The notes under the pieces: generated by a model
Seen by the model: the letters and a program-made list of their open reading frames with translations, nothing else
Database searches by the model: none
Told to the model about the DNA's origin: nothing
Source of the DNA: Nostoc punctiforme PCC 73102
Lineage (GTDB): Bacteria > Cyanobacteriota > Cyanobacteriia > Cyanobacteriales > Nostocaceae
Assembly (NCBI RefSeq): GCF_000020025.1
Contig: NC_010628.1
Coordinates: 5,550,001 to 5,582,000, forward strand
Direction: 5' to 3'
DNA: 32,000 nucleotides
Shown: positions 24,616-32,000 of the stretch, in pieces
Numbering within the stretch: position 1 is the stretch's first letter
Layout: the number at the start of each line of letters is the position of its first letter
Position numbers and translations under genes: made by a program

Positions 24616-24960
24616 AAATTGGCGATTACTTTTAGTAGCAACCACAATTTCTTATTGTACCATAATCAATTTATTTGTCTAGCTGTAATTGCTAAAAATA
24701 TCTCCTTTTTCAGAAATAAGCTTAGAAGACTAGAGATTTGCATCTGGAAAGTCTAGTTGGCGTTGCAATTGTGATGAAACAGAAACAAATCTGCGATCGC
24801 AATCGCTGATAAAGTTGATAAATTAATATCCATACCAAAAAAAACTAACTCAAATCCTGGGCTGAACACAAAAATATCTTGTCAGTTCAAAAACTGTATC
24901 TTCTTAGCACGGCTGAATAAAGGAACGGAAATATATAATTATTTTTTACAGATTATAAGC

Positions 24961-25881
24961 ATGGCAGCATTGCTCGGACGAGATTTATTAAGTCTAGCGG
25001 ATATCAGTTCTACTGAACTTCAAGAACTCCTGCAATTGGCAACTCAACTTAAATCACAACAGTTGAAGTTGCAGTGTAATAAGGTTTTAGGGTTGTTGTT
25101 CTCCAAAGCTTCAACTCGCACGCGGGTAAGTTTTACTGTGGCGATGTACCAATTGGGTGGACAGGTAATCGATCTGAACCCGAATGTCACTCAAGTTAGC
25201 CGTGGGGAACCTTTACAGGATACGGCGCGGGTGTTAGACCGATATCTGGATATTTTGGCAATTCGCACTTTTGCACAGCAGGATTTAGAAACTTTTGCTC
25301 ACTATGCAAAGATTCCAGTAATTAATGCGCTTACTGATGCAGAACATCCTTGTCAGGTATTAGCTGATTTATTGACGATTCAAGAAAGCTTTAACACCCT
25401 TGCTGGGTTAACTTTAACCTACGTAGGTGATGGGAATAATATGGCTAATTCTCTGATGTTGGGCTGTGCTTTGGTAGGGATGAACGTCAGAATTGCTACT
25501 CCTGACGGATATGAACCAGATTCTCAGATTGTAGAACAAGCAAGAGCGATCGCTAATAACAAAACTGAAGTCCTTCTCACTCACGATCCAGAATTAGCTG
25601 CTAAGGGTTCTACTGTACTTTATACTGATGTTTGGGCAAGTATGGGTCAAGAAACAGAAGCAGACAATCGGATGCCAATTTTCCAGCCTTACCAAATTTC
25701 GGAGCAACTATTGAGCCTTGCTGCTCCAGAGGCAATTGTTTTACACTGCTTACCAGCTCATCGTGGTGAAGAAATTACTGAGGCAGTTATTGAAGGTTCT
25801 CAATCACGAGTTTGGGAACAGGCAGAAAATCGCCTACACGCTCAAAAAGCTTTGCTTGCAAGTATCTTAGGGGCGGAATGA
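24961..25881 (+). CDS. argF: Ornithine carbamoyltransferase
   Basis: Motifs STRTRVSF, HPCQVLADL, DVWASMG and HCLPAHRGEE. Length 306 aa. Confidence 0.95.
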   Translation: MAALLGRDLLSLADISSTELQELLQLATQLKSQQLKLQCNKVLGLLFSKASTRTRVSFTVAMYQLGGQVIDLNPNVTQVSRGEPLQDTARVLDRYLDILAIRTFAQQDLETFAHYAKIPVINALTDAEHPCQVLADLLTIQESFNTLAGLTLTYVGDGNNMANSLMLGCALVGMNVRIATPDGYEPDSQIVEQARAIANNKTEVLLTHDPELAAKGSTVLYTDVWASMGQETEADNRMPIFQPYQISEQLLSLAAPEAIVLHCLPAHRGEEITEAVIEGSQSRVWEQAENRLHAQKALLASILGAE

Positions 25882-25900
25882 AAGGAGTTAGGAATTAGAA

Positions 25901-25928
25901 GTAGAGACGCGATTAATCGCGTTTGTAC
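25901..25928. repeat. Degenerate copy of the GTACAGACGCGATTAATCGCGTCTGTAC palindrome
   Basis: gtagagacgcgattaatcgcgtttgtac has two substitutions relative to 5506-5533. Like that copy, it is preceded by ggagtta-type heptamers and sits just 3' of a gene (argF). Confidence 0.7.
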
Positions 25929-26078
25929 AAGATTTAGGAGTCATAATAGCTAGTGTGCAATTGGCTCCTAACTACTTGCTGGTAAAAAATCCGAAATAAA
26001 TGGGTAAAAGAAAAGAGAATATTCTTGCTTTTGCCTTTCATAATTTTTACTTTTCTCTTGTTATGGGGAGTTTTTTGT

Positions 26079-26092
26079 AGTACTAATGTTCT
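26079..26092 (+). promoter_or_regulatory. Cyanobacterial-type LexA box upstream of lexA
   Basis: AGTACTAATGTTCT matches RGTACNNNDGTWCB at every position. It lies 32 nt upstream of the lexA ATG. Confidence 0.75.
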
Positions 26093-26123
26093 AGAGACAT
26101 TAATAATTACTTCCCGCAAATTT

Positions 26124-26729
26124 ATGGAACGTCTAACGGAAGCTCAACAAGAACTTTACGAATGGTTGGCAGAATACATCAGAACGCACCAGCATTCGCC
26201 TTCAATTAGGCAAATGATGCAAGCTATGAACTTGAAGTCACCAGCACCAATTCAAAGTCGTTTAGAACATTTACGCACCAAAGGATATATAGAATGGACT
26301 GAAGGACAAGCGCGAACGATTCGGATTTTGCGTCCTGTTAAGCAAGGTGTACCAATTTTGGGCACGATCGCTGCTGGTGGTTTAATAGAACCGTTTACTG
26401 ATGCTGTAGATCATTTAGACTTTTCTAATTTCGATTTACCTCCCCAAACCTATGCTTTGCGGGTAGCTGGCGATAGCATGATTGAAGATTTAATTACTGA
26501 TGGCGATGTGGTATTTCTGCGTCCAGTAGCAGAACCAAATCATTTAAAAAATGGTACTATTGTTGCGGCCAGAGTTGATGGATTTGGGACGACATTAAAA
26601 CGTTTTTATCGCCAAGGCGATCGCGTTACCCTCAAACCAGCAAATCCTAAGTACAATCCCATAGAAGTCAGTGCTATGCAAGTGCAGGTGCAAGGTTCAC
26701 TGATTGGTGTTTGGCGTGGTTACAACTGA
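26124..26729 (+). CDS. lexA: LexA repressor (S24 peptidase)
   Basis: N-terminal wHTH (LTEAQQELYEWLAEYIRTHQHSPSIRQMMQAM). Ala-Gly cleavage context TIAAGGLIEP. Catalytic Ser in GDSM and Lys in LKRF. Start moved to ATG 26124; the tracked 26025 extension is hydrophobic read-through of the promoter. Confidence 0.93.
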   Translation: MERLTEAQQELYEWLAEYIRTHQHSPSIRQMMQAMNLKSPAPIQSRLEHLRTKGYIEWTEGQARTIRILRPVKQGVPILGTIAAGGLIEPFTDAVDHLDFSNFDLPPQTYALRVAGDSMIEDLITDGDVVFLRPVAEPNHLKNGTIVAARVDGFGTTLKRFYRQGDRVTLKPANPKYNPIEVSAMQVQVQGSLIGVWRGYN

Positions 26730-26807
26730 GTAATGGAGAGTGGGAGAGAGATAATCAATGCCCAATGCCCATTAATTAGGGTTCGTTACCATCTTTGTGC
26801 TTAATAT

Positions 26808-28286
26808 ATGTACCTGACGAAAAATCCAGTGCAGCAACTGCCCACTTTCCGGTTGAAATTACCGTTTGCAAGGGAAAGTAAGGGCAGTTATTACACTCCG
26901 CAACCATTACCAGGATGCCCAAGAATGCCTCCGTCTCTGCAATTGCGGCAATATCAGCGCCAAGCGATCGCTAGCTGGTTTACCAACAATGGCAGAGGGA
27001 CGTTGAAAATGGCTACTGGTAGTGGTAAAACTATTACCGCATTAGCGATCGCTTGTGAATTATATCAGCAGATTAATTTACAAGTTCTGTTAGTGGTGTG
27101 TCCCTATCGTCATCTCGTCACCCAATGGGCGAGAGAATGTGAAAAATTTAATTTGCAACCCATTTTAGCTTTCGAGAATTTACGCACTTGGCAAAGTCAA
27201 CTTTCTACGCAAATTTATAATCTGCGTTCTGGTTCTCAACGATTTGTCACTGTAATTACTACGAACTCCACATTAATTGGTGATGGGTTTCAGTCTCAAC
27301 TCAAATATTTTCCCGCTAAAACTTTAATTATTGGGGACGAGGCGCATAATTTAGGCGCACCCAAGTTAGAAGAAAGTTTACCGCGCAGTGTGGGATTGAG
27401 ACTAGCTTTATCTGCCACACCGGAAAGGTATTTTGATGATTTTGGTACGCAATCTTTATTTGATTATTTTGGCCCAGTTCTCCAGCCAGAGTTTACTTTA
27501 AGGGATGCGATCGCTCAAGGTGCTTTGGTGCATTATCTGTATTATCCGGTGTTGGTGGAGTTAACTGAAGCCGAAAGTATTGCCTATTTAAAGTTAACTA
27601 AAAGAATTGGGCGATCGCTACTTTATCGGGATAAAGAAAATGGCGAATCGGGATTTGAAGACAATGAAGATTTAAAGCCGTTGTTGATGCAAAGAGCAAG
27701 ATTAATTGGTGCGGCAGAAAATAAATTAACTGCCTTGCGGGATTTAATGGTAACTCGCCGCGAAACTAGTCACACTCTTTTTTATTGTAGTGATGGTTCC
27801 CAAGATGCGGGACAACGTTCATCTTTACGGCAACTTAAAGCTGTTGCTAAAATTTTGGGGGTGGATTTAGGCTACAAGGTAAGCACCTATACAGCCCAAA
27901 CAACTTTACAAGAACGAGAAATTTTGCGGCATCAATTTGAAAGTGGAGAGTTGCAGGGTTTAGTTGCGATTCGTTGTTTAGATGAAGGTGTTGATATTCC
28001 AGCAATTCAAACTGCGGTGATTTTATCGAGTTCTGGTAATCCTCGCCAATTTATTCAGCGACGGGGGCGAGTGTTACGTCCTCATCCTGCTAAAGAACGC
28101 GCAACAATATTCGACATGATTGTTTTACCACCAGATTTAGATAGAGAAACTATCGAAGTTGAGCGTAATTTGTTGAAAAAGGAATTGCGTCGCTTTGTAG
28201 AGTTTGCTGATTTGGCTGATAACGCTGGTGAAGCAAGAATGAAGTTACTTGATTTACAAAAGCGATATGGTTTATTAGATATTTGA
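26808..28286 (+). CDS. SF2 DEAH-box helicase (type III restriction Res / XPB-like)
   Basis: LRQYQRQAI (Q-motif-like). Motif I KMATGSGKT. Motif II IIGDEAHNL. Motif III LSATPER. Motif VI QRRGRVLRP. An alternative start at ATG 26925 (MPPSLQLRQYQ) is possible. Confidence 0.85.
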   Translation: MYLTKNPVQQLPTFRLKLPFARESKGSYYTPQPLPGCPRMPPSLQLRQYQRQAIASWFTNNGRGTLKMATGSGKTITALAIACELYQQINLQVLLVVCPYRHLVTQWARECEKFNLQPILAFENLRTWQSQLSTQIYNLRSGSQRFVTVITTNSTLIGDGFQSQLKYFPAKTLIIGDEAHNLGAPKLEESLPRSVGLRLALSATPERYFDDFGTQSLFDYFGPVLQPEFTLRDAIAQGALVHYLYYPVLVELTEAESIAYLKLTKRIGRSLLYRDKENGESGFEDNEDLKPLLMQRARLIGAAENKLTALRDLMVTRRETSHTLFYCSDGSQDAGQRSSLRQLKAVAKILGVDLGYKVSTYTAQTTLQEREILRHQFESGELQGLVAIRCLDEGVDIPAIQTAVILSSSGNPRQFIQRRGRVLRPHPAKERATIFDMIVLPPDLDRETIEVERNLLKKELRRFVEFADLADNAGEARMKLLDLQKRYGLLDI

Positions 28287-28373
28287 TGATAAGCCAAATT
28301 GTATTTTTTATAAAAATTTTCGACTTTTGAAAAAAGATGCATTAGGTATGAAATAATAAGATTATGAGTTTGG

Positions 28374-28424
28374 TCATAATGGGATGTAAGTAGCTTTAAA
28401 AATTTGACTTACATCCCATTATGA
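28374..28424 (+). terminator. Perfect 18-bp stem-loop downstream of the helicase gene
   Basis: tcataatgggatgtaagt (28374-28391) and acttacatcccattatga (28407-28424) with a 15-nt loop. No trailing T-run, so a terminator role is uncertain; it could be an operator or RNA element. Confidence 0.45.
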
Positions 28425-28587
28425 TCTAGATTAATTACAATATATATTAACAGAAAATAATTAAAGAATAAAGTGTTTTTTCAAAGAAAATTAGGATTTT
28501 AAAGATAACGCTAATAGTGAGTTTACGGAGGCTATTCTAGCACTAGAGAAAGTTAAAATGTAGAAAAACTATATTTTAAAATCCGAT

Positions 28588-28761
28588 ATGTCACAAGAGG
28601 CAAATATCGACGATGTACAAGAGCCAATAACTAGCGCACCACCGGAAGTACGGCAAATTATTGAGCGGGTATGGAAGCTGGAAAAAGGCAGGCTAGATAA
28701 GAAGATTAACAGCCATGTAAATGACAATATTTTGGACATTATTAAGGAGGAGGTGCGATGA
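28588..28761 (+). CDS. Small acidic helical protein (57 aa), not in the supplied ORF track
   Basis: ATG 28588 gives MSQEANIDDVQEPITSAPPEVRQIIERVWKLEKGRLDKKINSHVNDNILDIIKEEVR*. Its TGA overlaps the ATG of the next gene (gcgATGAag). A strong SD for the next gene (aaggaggagg) lies in its 3' end. Confidence 0.45.
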   Translation: MSQEANIDDVQEPITSAPPEVRQIIERVWKLEKGRLDKKINSHVNDNILDIIKEEVR

Positions 28762-30830
28762 AGCTGACTTCAATCAAGCTCTGCAACTTTCGCTCCTTTT
28801 ATGGTACGACACCAGAAATGATTATCGCTGGGGGAGATGCTCAGAACACGACAATCATTCATGGGAATAATGGCTCTGGAAAAACTAGCTTGCTGAATGC
28901 CTTTACGTGGGTATTGTATGATAAATTTAGTGCGGCATTTGCATCGATAGAGCAGTTAGTGAATAAGCGTGCGATCGCAGAAACCCAAAAAGGTCAAGCT
29001 GTAGAATGTTGGGTAGAGATTGGCTGGGAACACGAAGGTAAACGCTATCGAGTTAAACGCGCCTGTCGGGGTTATAAAAACGAAGGTGATTTTGACGCTG
29101 GAAAAACTCAATTAACCATGTGGGTTGGTGGAGATGATGGCAAATGGAATATACCAATTCAGCAACCAGACGATATAATTAATCAAATTTTACCCGCAAC
29201 TTTACATCAATATTTTTTCTTTGACGGCGAACGAATTGAAGAAATCGTTCGTTCTGATAAAAAAGCTGAAATTGCTGAAGCTACAAAAATTTTCTTGGGT
29301 GTGGAAGTAATCAACCGTTCCATCAGACATTTAGGAGATGCTAAAAAAACTCTAGAAAATGATTTAAAAGCTATTGGTGATTCTGAAATTAAACAGTTAT
29401 TACGACAGCAAGAAAAAATAGAGCGAGAACGCGAACGCATTACCAAACGGCAAACTGAAATTAAAGAAGAGTTAGAATATCAACAAACTTTCAAAAAAGA
29501 GACAAGTAACCGTTTGCGAGAATTGAGTGCTGCTAAAGAATTGCAAGAAAGATGGCAGGATTTAGAATCGCAAAAAGCAGCAAATCAAGAAGAATATAAA
29601 AAAACCAAGGAAGCGCTGAAAAAAGTTATTTCTGCGCGGGGTTATACAGTTTTGCTTTCAGAAACTACATCGCAGTTTCGAGGGATTATCAATGATTTGA
29701 AGCAGCGCGGTGAATTAACATCAGGAATTTCGCGGGAATTTGTGAATGATTTACTCAATTCTCAACGCTGTATATGTGGTGCAGAATTACATGAGGGTAA
29801 TCATTCTCATACTCATGTGAGTACTTGGTTAAATAAAGCCGGTTCTTCGGCGGTAGAAGAAACTGCAATTCGGATGCTAGCACAAGTAGATGAAATTGAT
29901 AAGCAAGCGATAGGATTTTGGGAAGAAGTTGATAGAGAACAAACTAGGATTAATCAATTAAGGCAAAGTATATCTCAAATTGAAGGCGATTTAGACAATA
30001 TTCAAGAACGGTTGCGAAAAGATGCTAATGAAGAAATTAGCAGTTTGCAAAAACGATTAGATGAAATTGAAAGTAAAATTGATGAATTAAATCGAGAACA
30101 GGGTGCAAATCAGCAGCAAATTGCTCAACTCACAACTGAAATTGAAGGTTTAAACAAACAAATCGCCAAACAAAAGCTGAATGAAGACAAGCAAACTTTA
30201 GCACAGCGACGAATTAACGCCACTCAAGATGCAATCGAACGGTTAACGGAAGTTAGAAATCGTCAAGAACAACAATTTCGTCTGCAACTAGAAAAGCGAG
30301 TGCAGGAGATATTCACAGAGATTTCTGTTACTCCATACATTCCTAAAATTAGTGATAAATATGAACTGACATTAGTAGAAAATACTACAGGTGTGGAAGC
30401 ACCAGTTGCAGCATCTACTGGGGAAAATCAGATTCTCAGCTTATCCTTTATTGCCAGCATCATTGACAAAGTGCGGGAATGGAGTGAGAAGCGAAAAATG
30501 ATGATGATTCCCGATAGTAGTACTTTTCCAATTGTGATGGATTCGCCGTTTGGTAGTTTAGATGAGAATTCGCGGCGACATATAGCAAAGACAATTCCCC
30601 AATTAGCGAATCAGTTGATAGTTTTAGTTACTAAGACTCAGTGGCGCGGTGAAGTGGAAGCAGAAATAACAGACAGAATTGGGAGAGAATATGTGCTTAC
30701 GTATTATTCTTCTAAACCGGATTGTGAACAAGATTATATTGAGTTGAGTGGAGAAAGATATCCTTTGGTGAAACAAAGTCCGAATGAGTTTGAGTATACA
30801 GAAATTATGGAAGTTGAACGAGATAGGTAA
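28758..30830 (+). CDS. DndD/Rad50-like ABC-type ATPase with coiled coils (690 aa)
   Basis: Walker A HGNNGSGKTSLLNAF. FFFDGERIEE. Long heptad regions (aa ~195-295 and ~385-515). Signature-like ASTGENQILSLSF. Walker B/D-loop FPIVMDSPFGSLD. Central CxC...HxxxHxHxH cluster at aa 338-353. Confidence 0.8.
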   Translation: MKLTSIKLCNFRSFYGTTPEMIIAGGDAQNTTIIHGNNGSGKTSLLNAFTWVLYDKFSAAFASIEQLVNKRAIAETQKGQAVECWVEIGWEHEGKRYRVKRACRGYKNEGDFDAGKTQLTMWVGGDDGKWNIPIQQPDDIINQILPATLHQYFFFDGERIEEIVRSDKKAEIAEATKIFLGVEVINRSIRHLGDAKKTLENDLKAIGDSEIKQLLRQQEKIERERERITKRQTEIKEELEYQQTFKKETSNRLRELSAAKELQERWQDLESQKAANQEEYKKTKEALKKVISARGYTVLLSETTSQFRGIINDLKQRGELTSGISREFVNDLLNSQRCICGAELHEGNHSHTHVSTWLNKAGSSAVEETAIRMLAQVDEIDKQAIGFWEEVDREQTRINQLRQSISQIEGDLDNIQERLRKDANEEISSLQKRLDEIESKIDELNREQGANQQQIAQLTTEIEGLNKQIAKQKLNEDKQTLAQRRINATQDAIERLTEVRNRQEQQFRLQLEKRVQEIFTEISVTPYIPKISDKYELTLVENTTGVEAPVAASTGENQILSLSFIASIIDKVREWSEKRKMMMIPDSSTFPIVMDSPFGSLDENSRRHIAKTIPQLANQLIVLVTKTQWRGEVEAEITDRIGREYVLTYYSSKPDCEQDYIELSGERYPLVKQSPNEFEYTEIMEVERDR

Positions 30831-30926
30831 TTACAGCAGTTTTGATGTCTTTGACCCACATCTGTCATAAGGAAGTAGGCGAAAATATTTTTACAGGAAT
30901 GATACAAAATACTTCTCAAATTCTTA

Positions 30927-30955
30927 TTCTCCGTGTTCTCTGTGCCTCTGTGGTT
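30927..30955. repeat. GC-rich dispersed repeat copy (left, inverted)
   Basis: ttctccgtgttctctgtgcctctgtggtt is similar to the reverse complement of 31332-31362. A related sequence occurs at 1540-1557. Confidence 0.6.
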
Positions 30956-31031
30956 TTATTTTCCGTTACCTGTACATAAATCTGATTTTAGTTACAGTTG
31001 AGAAAATTGGCTTTTGAAAAGGAATAAGATT

Positions 31032-31370
31032 ATGGTTGCGAGTCCAGACAGAAACTATATGTCCCCCCAGGAATATCTGGAATGGGAAGAACGCCAAGAA
31101 ATTAAATATGAATATATTGATGGTGAAGTTTTCGCCATGACTGGGGAGACTTTGCAAGAATACGTCCTCATCGATGCTGAAAAAATTGGTTTAGATTGTT
31201 TTCGGTTAAATGATAGAGGACTTTGGGAGTTACATCCTTATGAGGAAGGGGATGAGGTTCATTTAACTAGTGCTGATTTTCACTTTCCTATTTCTTTGGT
31301 TTATGAGGATGTTCAGTTTGTAGGAAAAACGAACCGCAGAGGCGCAGAGGACGCGGAGAGAAGAGAGTAA
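31032..31370 (+). pseudogene. Uma2 (DUF820) family nuclease with internal in-frame deletion
   Basis: The N-terminal YMSPQEYLEWEERQEIKYEYIDGEVFAMTG joins directly (near 31143-31151) to the C-terminal ETLQEYVLIDAEK...FHFPISLVYEDV. The ~85-95 aa core with the PD-(D/E)xK residues seen in the neighbouring 183-aa paralog is missing. The 3' tail (RRGAEDAERRE*) is read from a dispersed repeat. Confidence 0.65.
31332..31362. repeat. GC-rich dispersed repeat copy (right)
   Basis: aaccgcagaggcgcagaggacgcggagagaa, the inverted partner of 30927-30955. Confidence 0.6.
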
Positions 31371-31406
31371 AATTGAGATTATTACTAACTCATTAAAAGA
31401 TATTTT

Positions 31407-31958
31407 ATGAGTATTAAAACTGAAGCGACTATTGAAGATTTGTACCAATTACCAGACAATTGTAAAGCAGAGATTGTCAATGGGAAATTGGTGCTGATGT
31501 CTCCAACTGGATTTTTACCAGGACGTGCAGGTGGTGAAATTTATGCAAGTCTACGGGATTATAAACGATTGACAAAAAGTGGTTATGCTTTACCTGATAA
31601 TGTTGGTTTCATTGTCAATCTCCCTCATCATCGTTCTTTAAGTCCTGATGCGGCATTTTATACCGGCAAACCTACAGGTGGGAAGTTCCTTAATGGTGCG
31701 CCTGTGTTTGCTGCTGAGGTGAGAAGTGAAAATGATTATGGTGAGACAGCAGAGAAAGATATGGCTAGCAAACGCCGTGATTATTTTGCAGCTGGTACTT
31801 TGGTCGTTTGGGATGTGGATGTACTCAAAGAGGAAGTTATCAGAGTATACCGCGCTAGTAATCCCGAAGAAGCACAAGTGTATCGCCGTGGTGAGGTAGT
31901 GGAAGCTGAACCTGCGTTACCAGGATGGACTATGTTGGTGGATAATTTGTTTGTTTAG
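31407..31958 (+). CDS. Uma2 (DUF820) family putative endonuclease, full length (183 aa)
   Basis: Family-typical layout: KAEIVNGKLVLMSPTG, SPDAAF, PVFAAEVRS (PD...E.R/K core) and the C-terminal DYFAAGTLVVWDVD. Confidence 0.85.
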   Translation: MSIKTEATIEDLYQLPDNCKAEIVNGKLVLMSPTGFLPGRAGGEIYASLRDYKRLTKSGYALPDNVGFIVNLPHHRSLSPDAAFYTGKPTGGKFLNGAPVFAAEVRSENDYGETAEKDMASKRRDYFAAGTLVVWDVDVLKEEVIRVYRASNPEEAQVYRRGEVVEAEPALPGWTMLVDNLFV

Positions 31959-32000
31959 TGTTTGTTTAGCGATCGCCCACATACTATCATTAAATCATAC

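Noticed and set aside
26730-28757. Additional LexA boxes in front of the helicase or the DndD-like ATPase gene.
   Set aside because: I checked every GTAC in the window manually against RGTACNNNDGTWCB. Only 26079-26092 matches.

Overview
Chromosomal segment from a Nostoc/Anabaena-type filamentous cyanobacterium. The taxon call rests on many HIP1 octamers (GCGATCGC, e.g. 119-126, 2071-2078, 3744-3751), STRR-like heptamer arrays and typical cyanobacterial GlnB/LexA/ArgF sequences. All calls come from reading motifs in the supplied translations and DNA; no searches were run. The backbone is housekeeping: TPR protein, FAD oxidase, thiD, glnB, rdgB, a phosphohexomutase, dedA, a Gfo/Idh/MocA oxidoreductase, queC, a CNNM/CorC protein, pyrE, tRNA-Thr, argF and lexA with its own LexA box. 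Three accessory modules stand out. (1) A co-oriented pair on the minus strand, 39 nt apart: an ORC/Cdc6-like AAA+ ATPase (433 aa) followed by a 1815-aa NACHT-TPR STAND/NLR-like protein. The latter has an unassigned N-terminal domain and 15 perfectly phased 120-nt repeats. (2) Directly upstream on the same strand, a chromosomal ParM/Alp-like actin-fold ATPase followed after 5 nt by a ParR-like ribbon-helix-helix/coiled-coil protein. (3) Downstream of lexA, an SF2 DEAH helicase, an untracked 57-codon ORF with an ATGA overlap, and a 690-aa DndD/Rad50-like ABC ATPase with a central Cys/His cluster, followed by Uma2 nuclease genes, one internally deleted. The window also holds a decayed lipoprotein pseudogene, an atypical CAU-anticodon tRNA-like gene, and several dispersed palindromic or heptameric repeat families. 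No CRISPR array, rRNA or intact transposase was seen.
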